A stretch of 64,000 nucleotides of DNA from assembly GCF_964355755.1 (NCBI RefSeq), contig NC_092672.1, positions 31,130,437 to 31,194,436 on the forward strand. Direction: 5' to 3'. Position 1 is the first letter of the stretch, and every line of letters begins with the position of its first letter. Shown one piece after another: positions 19,965 to 32,465 of this stretch. The notes beneath the pieces are model-generated. The model searched no databases. It worked only from the letters and a program-made list of their open reading frames with translations, and was not told the DNA's origin. This DNA comes from Antedon mediterranea. Its lineage: Eukaryota > Animalia > Echinodermata. Position numbers and translations under genes: made by a program.

Positions 19965-20330
19965 TTTTATTTGTAGGGTTATGGGTTTGAATCTCTTGTA
20001 GTTCACTTTTTCACCCCAACAAAGGTTATAGCTCAAATACATTTGTGATGAATTCAAACAAGTTCTGGCAGTCTAGGTGTAGCAAATTTTTAATCGTAGG
20101 GTTATGGGGCAAATCTTTTGTAATTCACTTCTTCACCCCAACAAAGGTTATAGGTCAAAAATGTTTGTGATGAATTCTAAACAAGTTCTGGTATTCTAGG
20201 TGTAGCAAATTTTTAATCGTATGGTTATGGGTTTGAATCTCCCCCACCTCGCCCCAACAATAAAGGTATGTACAGTGTGTCAAAAATGTTCATCACAAAT
20301 TGTGGTTTTCTGGGTGTAGCATGTTTTTAA
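19965..20330 (+). repeat. About 120-bp tandem repeat x3 immediately after the SDF4 stop (3' UTR)
   Basis: Recurring GGTTATGGG...CACCCCAACAAAGGTTATAG...GTGATGAATTC..AACAAGTTCTGG..CTAGGTGTAGCAAATTTTTAATCGTA. Confidence 0.8.
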
Positions 20331-21143
20331 TTTTGAACTATATTGCTACAAGTATACATATCCCTTCAGACCAAACATAAAGGTCATAGGTCACTAGAAA
20401 GAGTTCTACATATGGACACATTTTTGGATATTGCCATTACAATTTTTGTATCATAAGTATTAATTGGAGACGGATTAATTGGAGATTGATTTGTTGGTGA
20501 TTGATTAATAATTGGTGATTGATTAATTGAAGATTGATTATGTATATATTTGACTATTAAATGTAAAAAAAAAATGAGAGGTGAAAAGAACATAATTTTT
20601 TTTAATAGATTTAGTTAAAAGGCAAAAGTGCAATTTACAAGCTAATGAAATCCATTAGTTCAAATAAAAATGTGGAAGCAGTGTGGGATTTAAGCACCTG
20701 GAGTTGATAAAACTAAAATAATTAATAAAAAATATTGTTTGAATTAATTGCCATTTATGTTGCACTAAATAAATATGGTACCCAAATAGAAGGTATTTTT
20801 CAGTAAAACTTAGTTTCCACTTGGTCGCAACGCAATTGAGTTGACCAATCAGAAGTGAGTCTGACGTCCCTGCGTTTACGTCCCAAATGGGAATATTGAT
20901 TTAGTGAAATACTTAGTGGTAGCGTGACCCTTTCAATGGACGGGCACAATCTGGTCATTGGCCAAATATAGTACAGTCGTAGAGTAAAGTATTGAGCATG
21001 CTGTTTTAAAGTTGAGAATAGACTTAGACTGGGTTTAGTACTATTTGATTGTTAGTATATACTTAATATTTCACTAATTATGGTGACTTATTTCATACCT
21101 TTCCCAACAATTTTGTCCTGTGTTTGCAACGCTGTACCATCTC

Positions 21144-21286
21144 AGTAGAGTTGTGGCTTGGTGGTTATGATGCTTGGCTACCACTCCAAGGGTCCTGGGT
21201 TCAAGTCCCATCACAAAATTACAACTCCACTCTCAAAGACTTGTAATAAGACTTTGTTTATGTAGTGTGTATATGTTTGTCTTGTG
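21144..21286 (+). mobile_element. tRNA-derived SINE copy
   Basis: A-box-like TGGCTTGGTGG (21154), B-box GGTTCAAGTCC (21198), body shared with 3905-4062. Confidence 0.75.
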
Positions 21287-23344
21287 AGGTTCCCTAATGA
21301 TCAGCAGTTCGGCTCCAAAGTTATTTGCTTATTATTTTCCAGTGTGCTTAATGAATAGGAATTTATTATGTGGTAAGTTTAAAAATTGTGAATAGAGGTG
21401 AAAATGTGTTTCATTAAAACTCACTTTTGAGAATGTACTGCAGTAACTGGACTCCCTGAAAACTATACAGCTTCTCCCCACATAACATCCCACCCCCTCC
21501 CCCTCCCCTTCCTCCCAGCACCCTCTAAATTTCAAAAATTGAAATACAAAAGATAGGACATGTATGTTCAGTTCAGCACATCGTTTTACAATTTATAGGC
21601 CCTCATCTTCGCCAAAATCCTAGATCCACCACTGAAATGTAGGCGATACTGTTCATTGGCAACATAAATTGTTTAGATGTAAAACTCTGTGTACACTATC
21701 AAACTAGTTCGACAAAAAAAGTGTGATGTACCCCAAATATGGTAGTGACATGCCCAAATGTGGTTGTGATATGACGACATGTCCATATATGGGCACATTA
21801 CTTTTTGTCATAAAGTTTGATAGTGTAGACAGAGCTAAAGAAACTCGGTATACAAAATAACCAAATAATAAATCAAAACAACTTCCAAATAACTTTCTAT
21901 ATTTTGTGTAGCATCAGTTTGTTTGGTTTTTTTTATGAGAAAGTCTGTCTCAGTTCTAGAGTATTCACCTCCTCAGGAGGTGTTGAACTTAAGTTATTTT
22001 AGTTGTTTGCTTGCATAATTTATAACAACTTTGGTTACCACTTGTTAGAGTTACCACTTTTTTTTTTGCATGCACTTCGCTTGTTCATCAGAATCGCTTG
22101 TTCTACTGCGTTGCTTGTTTGCCTGCACTACTTTTTTTACAGCGCCACATGTTCGACTTATTTAATTAGGAAAAACATTTTTTATTTAATTTTTGTTATA
22201 TTGACAGTACATTTAGATTCAAAGAAAAATATGCATTTTGGTGCATATTTTTTACATAAAATTGTAAGGGATTTGTTTGTATCACATTAGATGATGTAAT
22301 TTCAATAAAATGAGTTATATCAATATATATTTGTGGTCATTATTTGAAGCAACTAAATCAACATACAGATCACTTTTAATTATAATAATTAATAGATGGC
22401 CCACATTGATTTTCGACCACTAGGATCAGTATAACAGTCCGACAAATGTACTCAAACATAAGGAAAAAAGCACTCTTATTTGACAATGGAATATTTATTG
22501 AGTATCATGTGACTTATAAACTACCAATCAAATGGCAAGAGCCTACTCAGGTGTGTCATAAAACATTTTTGGTAATGGGCATGCAGTACAATTCAATGTA
22601 CACTATTCAAGTTTAAACAAGAAATATTTCTTACAAAAAACGCCGCGTAACTTTTTGACTGGACAGTTGTAAGAACAGTCTTCATTAATCTAATATAATA
22701 GGTCGGCCAATCAAAACGCAAGTGAACAATTGGGACTTTACTTGTGATTTATGTCATTGGCCTGTCAGCACAGTCGTTTCTTTCTAGAATTAAACGCACA
22801 AATTTGTATTGGGAATAATGTATATGGTTATTACTATCGCATTTAGGTATTGATAATAATAATAATATGGCTTTTGAATATATAATTACTGTCTGTAGAA
22901 TAACATTTATACATTTTCGGTTCGCGATGAAAAGTTATATGAATGGATTTGTAATAGGTATTTATAATAATAGTATATGGGTTGTATTATTGCTAAGCTA
23001 TCACCAAATCGCGTTATAACATTATTTCTCAGGGTTTTTTGCACCATTGATCAATACCAAACGCGTATCGGTATTATAGTTTTTAATGAATCATTACATT
23101 AATAAAAATACCCAATTAAATCAATCGCGTCAGTCCAATTCCGACTTATGTTTCGATCACATAGTTCTGTGTCTACACTGTCCCAACTAGTTTAACAAAA
23201 AAAGTGTGATGTGCCCAAATATGGTAGTGATATGCCCGATTATCGTAGTGATATGACATCGTCATGTCTATATAATATGGGCACATCATATTTTATTTAG
23301 TTTGATAGTATAGACAGAGCTTAAGGATTATATTTAAAAAATGT

Positions 23345-24320
23345 TTTCTTACATTTTGAACGGAAGTATTTATTTGTTTATAAGCCCAATTTTCCAGTCT
23401 TAATTTTACATTTTGAAAAAAAGTATTTATTTGTTTATAAGCCCAATTTTCCAGTCTTAATTTTACATTTTGAAAAAAAGTATTTTATTTGTTGATAAGC
23501 CCAACTGTGCAGTCTTATTTTACATTTTGAACGAAAGTATTTATTTGTTGATAAGCCCAATTTTGCAGTCTTATTTTACATTTTAAACGAAAGTATTTAT
23601 TTGTTGATAAGCCGAATTTTCCAGTTTAATAATAATGACCCCTTCCACAGTGCTTATACCATATACATTTTACATGATATTGACCGTGGGTTCTTTACGC
23701 CTCTGATGCATTTGTTTTTATTGTACCTTTTTAATAAATTATTATATGTTTAGGCCTAATCACACCCAATTTAATGAAACGGTCAGATTCCGATTTCAAT
23801 TGAACGAAAGTAGTACTGTATTTATTATTCATTGATAAGCCAAGGGTCCCATGGCGTTAGCCGATATCTTGAGCATTTGACTCTTGTAACACAAATCATT
23901 CTTCAAAATCTAAAGAAAGAACCTCACACGTCTTTTTTGTGAGTGATACACTATGGATATGCCCACGGAAATAATATGTGGACATTGCAAACAATCATAG
24001 GCCTACAGTAACAAACATAACATGGCTAATAAGCATAACATTCAGACTTGCTTGTTTTCTAGTGGATTTTTATTTACTTTAGCATGTAGAATAAAACTAG
24101 TAACAGTGGCTATATTAATAATTATACTGATTATCCTTGATGTTATCGCGTCTAATAATAAAATATTTTGTTGTTGATAAGCCCAATTTTTCAGCCTTGA
24201 TTTTACATTTTGAACGAAAGTATTTATTTGTTGATAAGCCCAATTTTGCAGTCTTAATAATGACCCTTCCACAGTGCATTTTACATGATATTGACCGAGG
24301 GTTTTTACGCCTCTATAGGC
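23345..24320. repeat. About 58-bp minisatellite (5 copies 23345-23630, further copies about 23800 and 24165-24260) with duplicated flank
   Basis: Unit TTTTACATTTTGAACGAAAGTATTTATTTGTTGATAAGCCCAATTTTGCAGTCTTA. Both arrays are followed by AATGACCCTTCCACAGTGC...TTTTACATGATATTGACCG. Confidence 0.85.
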
Positions 24321-24700
24321 ACTGATCAATACCATAATTAATGTACTTTTTTAAATGAATATTGAAATGTTTCAACACTCCCAGATTTCCTCATCTTTAT
24401 CGTTTCAAAAATTAATTAAATAATTTTCAGTGTATCACCGGGCGGTTTGGAATTTATTTCTATGCCTGTTGTGTTTATATATATAATATTAAGTATAATT
24501 ATGAATTCACCAACACTTTCAGGCCCGGGGCCGAGTTGTAGACCAGACTTCCATGCACAGCCACATGTTAAGGAATATGAATCTCTTTATGATTTTAATA
24601 TGGTTCGAAATGATATTACACAACAACGATTAGACAGCAACTGTGCAAGAGTCAAACTAATAAAATCGGAATGATCAATTAATTGAACATTTACAGCATA

Positions 24701-25061
24701 AGGCCCATACACTAGGACGATAACTATCGACGATAAATAGACAAATGTGCATTTTTAATACATAAACCAAAAGAAATATAAACAATTCCTTTGATGAAAA
24801 TTATATTTTCACACGTCCAATCAAATGACGTCATGATTAGTAAGACCAATAATATCGTGACAATACAGCGATTTTATTGTTTTTATTTATCATGACGTCA
24901 TTTGATTGGAATTTGAAAAACATTATTTTTATCAAAGACAGCATAAATGATTATCCTATAGGTCTAGAACGAAAACCTTTCTAATTTCTTTTGGTTTATG
25001 TTAAAAAAATGCATGCTATATATTTATCGTCTGTCGTTATCGTCATAGTGTAATTGGGCCT
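24701..25061. mobile_element. Harbinger/Tourist-like MITE
   Basis: AGGCCCATACACTAGGACGATAAC... and ...GTTATCGTCATAGTGTAATTGGGCCT, with long internal dyad symmetry (TCCAATCAAATGACGTCATGAT / ATCATGACGTCATTTGATTGGA). Confidence 0.7.
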
Positions 25062-26754
25062 TTATACAAAAAAAATAAATTGATTACGAAGTTACATGTC
25101 ATTTTCACCTATCACCAAAAAACTAACCTTTTCAAAACTAATTAATTGTTACGAAGCCAATTTATATTATATATTTCATTAAAACTGAACTTTACGGTAA
25201 ATGAAGAGTAAGTATCAGTTAATATGAATAATATAACTAGTAGGTCTATGAACTTGCGTCCAGACACAGAACTGTGACATTACTATCATAAATGTTGAAA
25301 CCACTTATAAAACCTTTTTTTTTAAAGAAAATATAATTGTGTTAGGAGAAGGCTAATAAACAAATAGATAATGTTCAAACCTTTTTCTGGATTAATTAAT
25401 GGAGCAGGCGTTCCTAATAATCTTCTGTAGACTGATTGTTCACCTTCTGACGATAATTGATTGGACCCCCCACGGCATCTGATAACCAACAAAAAATTTA
25501 CGAGGACTGTTTCAATGATTTAATATCTGACGGCGTATTATTATAACATTGGCCTAGATTGAAAGTCAAAGAAAGTCATTGTAAATACCTCCCTTTATGT
25601 TGACAGAGCCAAAATAAAGTTTTGACCATTATCGAATGATTATTTGACAGTGACTTATTATAATACCGCCCTGGTTGACAGCAAAATCGAAGTTATTATT
25701 TATTGATCAAGATTTTACAGATTTCCGTCTACATCTCAATAATACTGTATTATCAGCAAAGGCTTTCATATAGACTCTCTTCTCCCAGACGTTTTTTGGG
25801 TCCAGCAGCTACCTATAAATTATAGTCGAGTTTCCAAATTCACAAAACTGTCAGCCTTAGATACTAAAGCTACCGCTATGAAACAGCTTATTAATGAATG
25901 TGTCCTCCTGGGACATAGCTGGCTAGAGCCGCGGCGCGAAAACAAGGTGAAATCAGCTTTAGTGTCTTTGGCACTATATTTGGCACTATATTTGGCATTA
26001 TATACAGTTTAAGCATTACAATATGAACTGCTAAATGGTAACATTTACCCGAAAAAGGAAAATATAAAATTTAGAAATAGATAATGTTAAAGTACTATAT
26101 GCATACTATATTATATACAAATGTGAAATGAGAATAGTTACTTTTAATAAATAGATAAATTAAAATACTGTAGTGTTTAAGGCACTACTTTATTAGTATC
26201 TATCTATCTATAAAGAGAGAGAGAGTTTGTACATTTACTTAAAATAATTTATACTCTATTATATTAACTAAAATGGTAAAAACAATTCTACCTTAAATAA
26301 ATAGATAAATTTAAATCTAAAACTATATATATATTGCAGTGTTATAATAATATATTTAGTTCCTTCAAAATATATACAGTAATACATCATTATAGAAAGG
26401 AGGTGGTCAGACTGAGTTCATACTATCTAGAAGGTATAAGAACTACTGTACTGTAATACCGTATTTATTTATCATTTTTTGTCATAAAGTTTGATAGTGT
26501 AGAGAAAGCTTAAGACATTTTTTAAATGTAAGCAAAATAACAAAATACTAAATCAACAAAACTTCCATAAAAACTTTCTATATTTTGTAGCATCACTTCG
26601 TTTTGTGAAAAAGTCTGTCTCAGCTCTGGAATATTCACCTCAGGAGGTATTAAAACTGTTTCAGTTATTTTTATTTGAATTTGCTTGCATAATTTTTATA
26701 ACAAATTTGGCTACCGTTTGTTTGACATTGCTGATTTTTTTGTACATAGTGCTT

Positions 26755-26847
26755 TTGTCTGACTGGACTGCGGCGCTTGTCTGACTGGACTGCGGCGCTT
26801 GTCTGACTGGACTGCGGCGCTTGTCTGACTGGACTGCGGCGCTTGTC
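26755..26847. repeat. 22-bp tandem repeat x4
   Basis: TTGTCTGACTGGACTGCGGCGC repeated. Confidence 0.9.
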
Positions 26848-27237
26848 TTTTCAACTTCATAATCTTTTTTACTGCACCGCTTGTTTGATTGTGCCACTTG
26901 TAGCTTGTTCCGACTGTGACGCTTTTTGCTTGATGTTTGACTGCTATTTAATTGGTGAACCATTTTATTTAATTTTTGTTATTATATTAACAGTACATTT
27001 AGATGCAAAGAAAAATATGATATATATTAGATGATGGTGTAATTTCAATCAAATTAGTTATCTCAATATTTGTTTGTCGTCATTATAAATAAATTTTCTT
27101 GATATTTTACAAAAATTTATTATCTTGATGTTTCACAAAATTGGTCATAAATAACTGCTGTTACATAATTGCAAAAAAGTACACAAATATCTGTATAATA
27201 TTAACTATAATAATAATGCATTACATATGGGTTAAAC

Positions 27238-27657
27238 CAAAGAATATAAATAGGTAAAGAATCAACAGTACGCGCTGTTAAGCATCATAGAAGGATAGGA
27301 AAAGCGGACGCTTATTAATGGACGCGTAAGAATCCAGCAGCCGAACGACGGCGGGCTCTAGATATGGTTCCCGTCTAATTCCACGTTTCGATGGATCGTG
27401 ATGACCTGATGTCTTCTCGCGTCTGTGCTCTACTAATTTTGATATTATTAATATTTTGATAATCATTTTGATAAATAATCATCGTTTGCATTTTTATAGA
27501 TATTTACAATAAAAGTTTTACCTTACCCACGCCTGAAGGTGGCACACTTCTTCTAGCGAAAAAGAAATGCGCCACCTTCAGGCGTAGGCAAATAGTAACC
27601 CGGATGTGGTTTACACCGCCAACGGAGCTGTTGTATCTTCTCCTTTTATTATCTTTG
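27238..27657. mobile_element. Short non-autonomous P-element-like transposon
   Basis: Termini CAAAGA...TCTTTG with 7-bp TSD GTTAAAC (27231-27237, 27658-27664). Internal palindrome ACGCCTGAAGGTGGC...GCCACCTTCAGGCGT. Confidence 0.6.
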
Positions 27658-28159
27658 GTTAAACCCAGAAACATACATACTATATCAACATCTTTATTAA
27701 TCTAAGAATGGGCTTTAAAGTTTCGTTTCGTTTCGTTTATTTATTTTTTCCACTCACTTATATATATATCATTTACATTTACATAACATATATTAAATGT
27801 GGGTGGATGGAAGTCACAGTAAGTTCACTGAACTTTAAGTCGTGACTCCCGTATGCCTAAGTATACTAACATTGCTACAGAGTAGACTAAAATATGAATA
27901 TATAATAGTGAAAGTACATAAAATAAAGAAATAAACAAAATTTAAATTATAGGAGTTAAGATAAACCAGGCAATTATATAATATATGATAAAAGGGATAA
28001 TGATAACAATTAGAGTACAATATGAAATATAATTAAATATGGTAGCCTATAATAACAAGTATAACGATACAATGTAGCGGAGATTATTGAATACCAGGGT
28101 GAAGGATTTAATGCCATGTATCACCACCAAATAAATAAGGATAAAAGATCGGCGAAAAA

Positions 28160-31100
28160 TTATGTAGCATATTCTGACACCATTTTGTGTTTGAAATTAG
28201 ATTTAAAACTAGAAAAGGAAGATTTCTGTTTAAGTTCATTTGAGAGTGAAGTCCAAAGTTTGGGACCAAAATAATACATAGAAAATCGTCGAGCCTTAAC
28301 ATTTAAATTATCAAGGATATAATTGTTAACAGAGGATCGGGTTTTATAGGAATGGCGTTCGTCAATTCTTGTAAATAAAGCATTAAAATGTGAAGGCAGT
28401 AAATTGTTAGATAAACGGTACATAAATGAGGCAACTTGTAATTTATTTAAATCATAAATGTTTAAAACGTTAAATCTTTTAAAAAGTAATTTTGTATGGG
28501 CTCTAAATGATTCTCCCGCGCAAATCCGAAGTGCACGTTTTTGTAGTTTAAAAAGGCGGTCAATTTGAGTTTTCTCTAGACTTGTCCAGGGGCATAACGT
28601 ATTAAATTTATCTAGAGTAATTGCCCAACATAAATTGGCATAAGAAAGGTAAGGCAAAACTAAAGTATTATAAAGGGTTAATAAGGTTTTTTGAGGGAAG
28701 ATATGTTTTAATTTGTTCAATATTCCAACATTTCTAGAAACTAGATTACTGATTTTATTTATATGTAGTTTCCAAGTCAGAGAGGCATCTATGGTTACTC
28801 CTAAAAATTGTGTTTCATTAACTCGTTTGATCATTTTATTATCAATGTATATTTGTTCATTTAAAGAATTTGAAATTTTACGTTTAGAAAATATTATATA
28901 GTTCGTTTTGAATGTATTAAGAGTTAATTTATTGTGTTTGAGCCAATTTGAAACTTTAAGTAACTCATCATTGACAATTTTAAACAAGGTATTTAATTTA
29001 GGATGAGAGAAAAAAATATTTGTGTCGTCAGCAAATAAGATAAAATTTAGTAATTTAGAGCTGTTTGGTATATCGTTAACAAAAATCAGGAATAAGAGTG
29101 GTCCAAGAATCGATCCTTGGGGAACACCACAGGTTAAACGGGAATAGGAAGAGTTAAAATTATTTAAGGAAGTAAACTGAACACGATTGGAAAGGTAGCT
29201 TTTAATTAGTTTTAAAGGAAGGCCTCTGATACCGTAATTTGAAAGTTTATGAATTAAAATATCGTGGTTAATAGTATCGAAGGCCTTAGATAAATCAAGG
29301 AAAATGCCAACAGAAAACTCATTTTTACTCAGGGCAATTGTAATTTTGTCAAAAATATCTAATAAAGCAAGATCTGTTGAATACTTTTTCCTGAAACCAT
29401 ATTGGCCTTTAAATAAAATGTTATGTTTAGTTAAAAAGGAAGAAATTCGATTATGCATTATTTTTTCAATTAATTTTGAGAAACAAGGAAGTAGGGAGAT
29501 TGGTCTGTAGTTATTGAAATGATGAGGATCTTCTTTCTTGTAGATAGGGATGACTTTAGCTATTTTAAAAGAATCAGGAAAAATACCGGTTTGAAAAGAA
29601 GTATTAAAAATGTGAGTTAAGGGTTTGCATATAAAATTAGAAACACGTTTAATAATTTTATTGGAAAACCCATCAAACCCAGGAGATTTATTATCTTTGA
29701 GGGAAAGTATTATACTGACAACTTCATGTTCGGTTACAGGACTAAGAAAGAGAGAGTGCACACATGGACGAGGTAGGGTAGAAGTATAATTATCATTATC
29801 CGACACATGTATTTTGTTAACTAAATTTGGCCCTATACTAGTAAAATAATTATTGAATTCAGTTGCAATTTGTTGAGGATTATTTAATTCAATGTCATTG
29901 TTAATAAAGTGAGAAGGAAACGGTTTACGAGATTTCTTGCCAAGGACTCCATTTATTGTTTGCCAGGTTTTTTGGATGTTATTTTTATGGAATTCAAATT
30001 TGTCACTGAAGTAATTCTTTTGGGCAGTACGAAGGATTTTGGTAAGTACATTTCGATATTTAACATATTTATCTTTGTCCTTTTGCTTTTTAGATATAAG
30101 AAATGTTTTATATAATTTGTGTTTTTTGTCGATAGATTTAATTAAGCATTTAGTTATCCAAGGTTTTTTTTCTTTCCGAATATTGCGTCTGGAACGAGTG
30201 GTTTTAATGTTGTTATTATATAATGTACTAAATATGTCGTTGAATAAAGCGTATGCCTCATTGGGTTCATTGGAGTTATAAATACTAGTCCAGTCAACAT
30301 TTGACAAATCATTACTTAAGGCAGAAATTGAAATATCATTGACTTTTTTTATGTATATATATTTTGATTTAGGTTTCAGGTGTTGGAGAGGTTCTGATTT
30401 ATGTACTAACAAGAAAACAGGAAAGTGATCCGAGATGTCCGAATATAGAATTCCGGAAGAAATGTTATCGTATAGATTATTACAAAAAATATTGTCGATT
30501 AAAGTTGCAGAATTACGCGTAATTCTAGTTGGCCTAGTAATAAGAGGATAATAATTTGATTGAAATAAAGTATTAACAAAATCAGAAGTACCTTTATGTG
30601 TTTTGGAATTTAACAAGTTAATATTAAAGTCTCCTGAAATATATGCTGTTTTTTTCTCATTATTAATGGTGTCAATTAAATTAGAGATATCTTTATTAAA
30701 TGTGTTAATGGATAATTCAGGCAAACGATATACTACTCCAAGGATTATGTTTTTGGGTTGTGCATCGATTTCAATGAAAAGAGATTCCGAACCATTAGTA
30801 ACGATAAATGATAAATCAGGGCGAAGAATATATTTAAATCTCTGGTGTAGGTAAATGGCAACGCCTCCTCCTGGTCTATCAGCTCGTGAAACATGCAAGA
30901 GGTTATAATTGGGAATATTATAAAAGGAAAAAGGCGTATTATGATTAAAAAAAGTTTCGGTGAAGCATAGTGCTGAGAATTCATGGTTAATAGCACCTAC
31001 GCATACATTGATATCGTTAAAATGTTTAACAAGACTGCGTGCGTTTAAGTGAAAGATACTAAATGAATAATCTTGTGTTGAATATTTGTTGTTAAGACTA

Positions 31101-31327
31101 TCGATATATTCATAGGCACAAGATTCAATATTTTCGGAAAATAATTGGGCATCGTTGTCATTAATAACATCTTTAAAATTAATATCAAAAGGGTTAAAAA
31201 TTAAAGAATTAAATCTATCAAAGTCAATTCTATCGTCACAAAAGTAATAGTGAATGACATGCAAGAATTCATCATTATCAATAATGTGATTAAATGGGAA
31301 TGCATCTATATTGTCAAAAGGGTCCAT
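28160..31327 (-). CDS. LINE ORF2: AP endonuclease + reverse transcriptase, 1055 aa
   Basis: APE motifs HLNARSL, FTETF, GGGVAIY, GDFNINLL, LIDNIF, SDHFPV. RT motifs YRPISLL, FLDLSKAFDTINH, GVPQGSILGPLLF, FADDT. Uninterrupted. Confidence 0.96.
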   Translation of the reverse strand: MDPFDNIDAFPFNHIIDNDEFLHVIHYYFCDDRIDFDRFNSLIFNPFDINFKDVINDNDAQLFSENIESCAYEYIDSLNNKYSTQDYSFSIFHLNARSLVKHFNDINVCVGAINHEFSALCFTETFFNHNTPFSFYNIPNYNLLHVSRADRPGGGVAIYLHQRFKYILRPDLSFIVTNGSESLFIEIDAQPKNIILGVVYRLPELSINTFNKDISNLIDTINNEKKTAYISGDFNINLLNSKTHKGTSDFVNTLFQSNYYPLITRPTRITRNSATLIDNIFCNNLYDNISSGILYSDISDHFPVFLLVHKSEPLQHLKPKSKYIYIKKVNDISISALSNDLSNVDWTSIYNSNEPNEAYALFNDIFSTLYNNNIKTTRSRRNIRKEKKPWITKCLIKSIDKKHKLYKTFLISKKQKDKDKYVKYRNVLTKILRTAQKNYFSDKFEFHKNNIQKTWQTINGVLGKKSRKPFPSHFINNDIELNNPQQIATEFNNYFTSIGPNLVNKIHVSDNDNYTSTLPRPCVHSLFLSPVTEHEVVSIILSLKDNKSPGFDGFSNKIIKRVSNFICKPLTHIFNTSFQTGIFPDSFKIAKVIPIYKKEDPHHFNNYRPISLLPCFSKLIEKIMHNRISSFLTKHNILFKGQYGFRKKYSTDLALLDIFDKITIALSKNEFSVGIFLDLSKAFDTINHDILIHKLSNYGIRGLPLKLIKSYLSNRVQFTSLNNFNSSYSRLTCGVPQGSILGPLLFLIFVNDIPNSSKLLNFILFADDTNIFFSHPKLNTLFKIVNDELLKVSNWLKHNKLTLNTFKTNYIIFSKRKISNSLNEQIYIDNKMIKRVNETQFLGVTIDASLTWKLHINKISNLVSRNVGILNKLKHIFPQKTLLTLYNTLVLPYLSYANLCWAITLDKFNTLCPWTSLEKTQIDRLFKLQKRALRICAGESFRAHTKLLFKRFNVLNIYDLNKLQVASFMYRLSNNLLPSHFNALFTRIDERHSYKTRSSVNNYILDNLNVKARRFSMYYFGPKLWTSLSNELKQKSSFSSFKSNFKHKMVSEYAT

Positions 31328-31772
31328 GAGAATATCTAACGATACATAATGTGATCAGTTTATTCAATAGTATGTAATAAAAGATGCCTGGTAATGTTAC
31401 GTAAAAACAGAAAAGTACAAGAACGTAAATATAAAGAAACAAGTTAAGAATTGGGGGGTAACAATAAAACAAAGGTGAATAAATGGTTTTAAGTGGTTTA
31501 AACATCTTATGACAATGCAATTATGTGAGAACAGACTCCTGAAAACGCTATTGTAAAATTATTATGTAAAATCAATCAAGAGGCTTATACAAATTAAGCA
31601 AAGTATGCAGATGTAAGGAAAATAATGGATAAAAAATTCTTAGTCTGTTGTAAAATTTAATAATGGATTGAATTTGTAAAGAAGAAATGCTTCTTAGACA
31701 GTCCAAGTGTTTACAACAACATTCCGATCACTAGTATGGCAATGGAATTTCGAAAAGTTTACCGGAACTATT

Positions 31773-32465
31773 TCAATGGAATTTCGAAAAGTTTACCGGA
31801 ATGCCAGTTGAAGTTCGCCATTTTCCAGCCGTAAAACGAAGCTTGGTACCTTTATTGTACATCTCTTTTACTTGTGATCTCCATTTCTTTTTTTCCAGTA
31901 GATCGGCAGCAGTAAGATCATCTATGATATAAAATTTCTGGCTATCTAGCGCAGAACTTCGTTGTTTCATAACTTCAATCTTAGAAGCGTATGAGAGAAA
32001 ACGGGCAATGATATGCCTTGGCTTGCCGTTCATACTTTTACCATCTCGGTGGGCCCGTTCGATTGTTGGCCTGGGATCGAGTGTGAAAAAATCGGAAAGA
32101 ATGTTCTCAAAGATTAACTTACAGTTTTCTTTTGTGTTCTCTTCCACACCAACAATTCTTACGTTATTACGACGTGAAAAGCGTTCCGTCTTGTTAATTT
32201 TTGCCAACAGGTCAGTTGTACTATCTTGTAAATTAGCAACTGTTGTTGTCAGCTCTGTGACAGTCGTTTTTAATTCCTTGTTTTCATCTTCAAGGGCATC
32301 TATTCTAGCAGAATTAAACGATATTGCTTCGTAAAGCTCAGCTTTATTAGATTCTTGGCCTTTTAAAATCGATTCAAGTTTTTTTTTAACAAACGATTCA
32401 AACGATAGCTGGTCTTCGCTTTCGAATTCAGCGGGCTTGGTATTTGCTCGTGTAGATCGTGACAT
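31773..32465 (-). CDS. LINE ORF1: coiled coil + L1-type RRM (Transposase_22-like), 230 aa
   Basis: Heptad-rich N-half, SRRNNVRIVGVEE, IERAHR, PRHIIARF, IIDDLT. Confidence 0.9.
   Translation of the reverse strand: MSRSTRANTKPAEFESEDQLSFESFVKKKLESILKGQESNKAELYEAISFNSARIDALEDENKELKTTVTELTTTVANLQDSTTDLLAKINKTERFSRRNNVRIVGVEENTKENCKLIFENILSDFFTLDPRPTIERAHRDGKSMNGKPRHIIARFLSYASKIEVMKQRSSALDSQKFYIIDDLTAADLLEKKKWRSQVKEMYNKGTKLRFTAGKWRTSTGIPVNFSKFH

Noticed and set aside
21144-21215. tRNA gene
   Set aside because: It has A/B boxes but no clean acceptor stem and continues into a body shared by several dispersed copies, so it is a SINE head.
26661-26963. Protamine- or sperm-histone-like basic ORF (KRRSPVR)
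   Set aside because: The motif comes from a 22-bp repeat that is not a multiple of three, and the duplicated region at 21800-22340 does not keep the frame.
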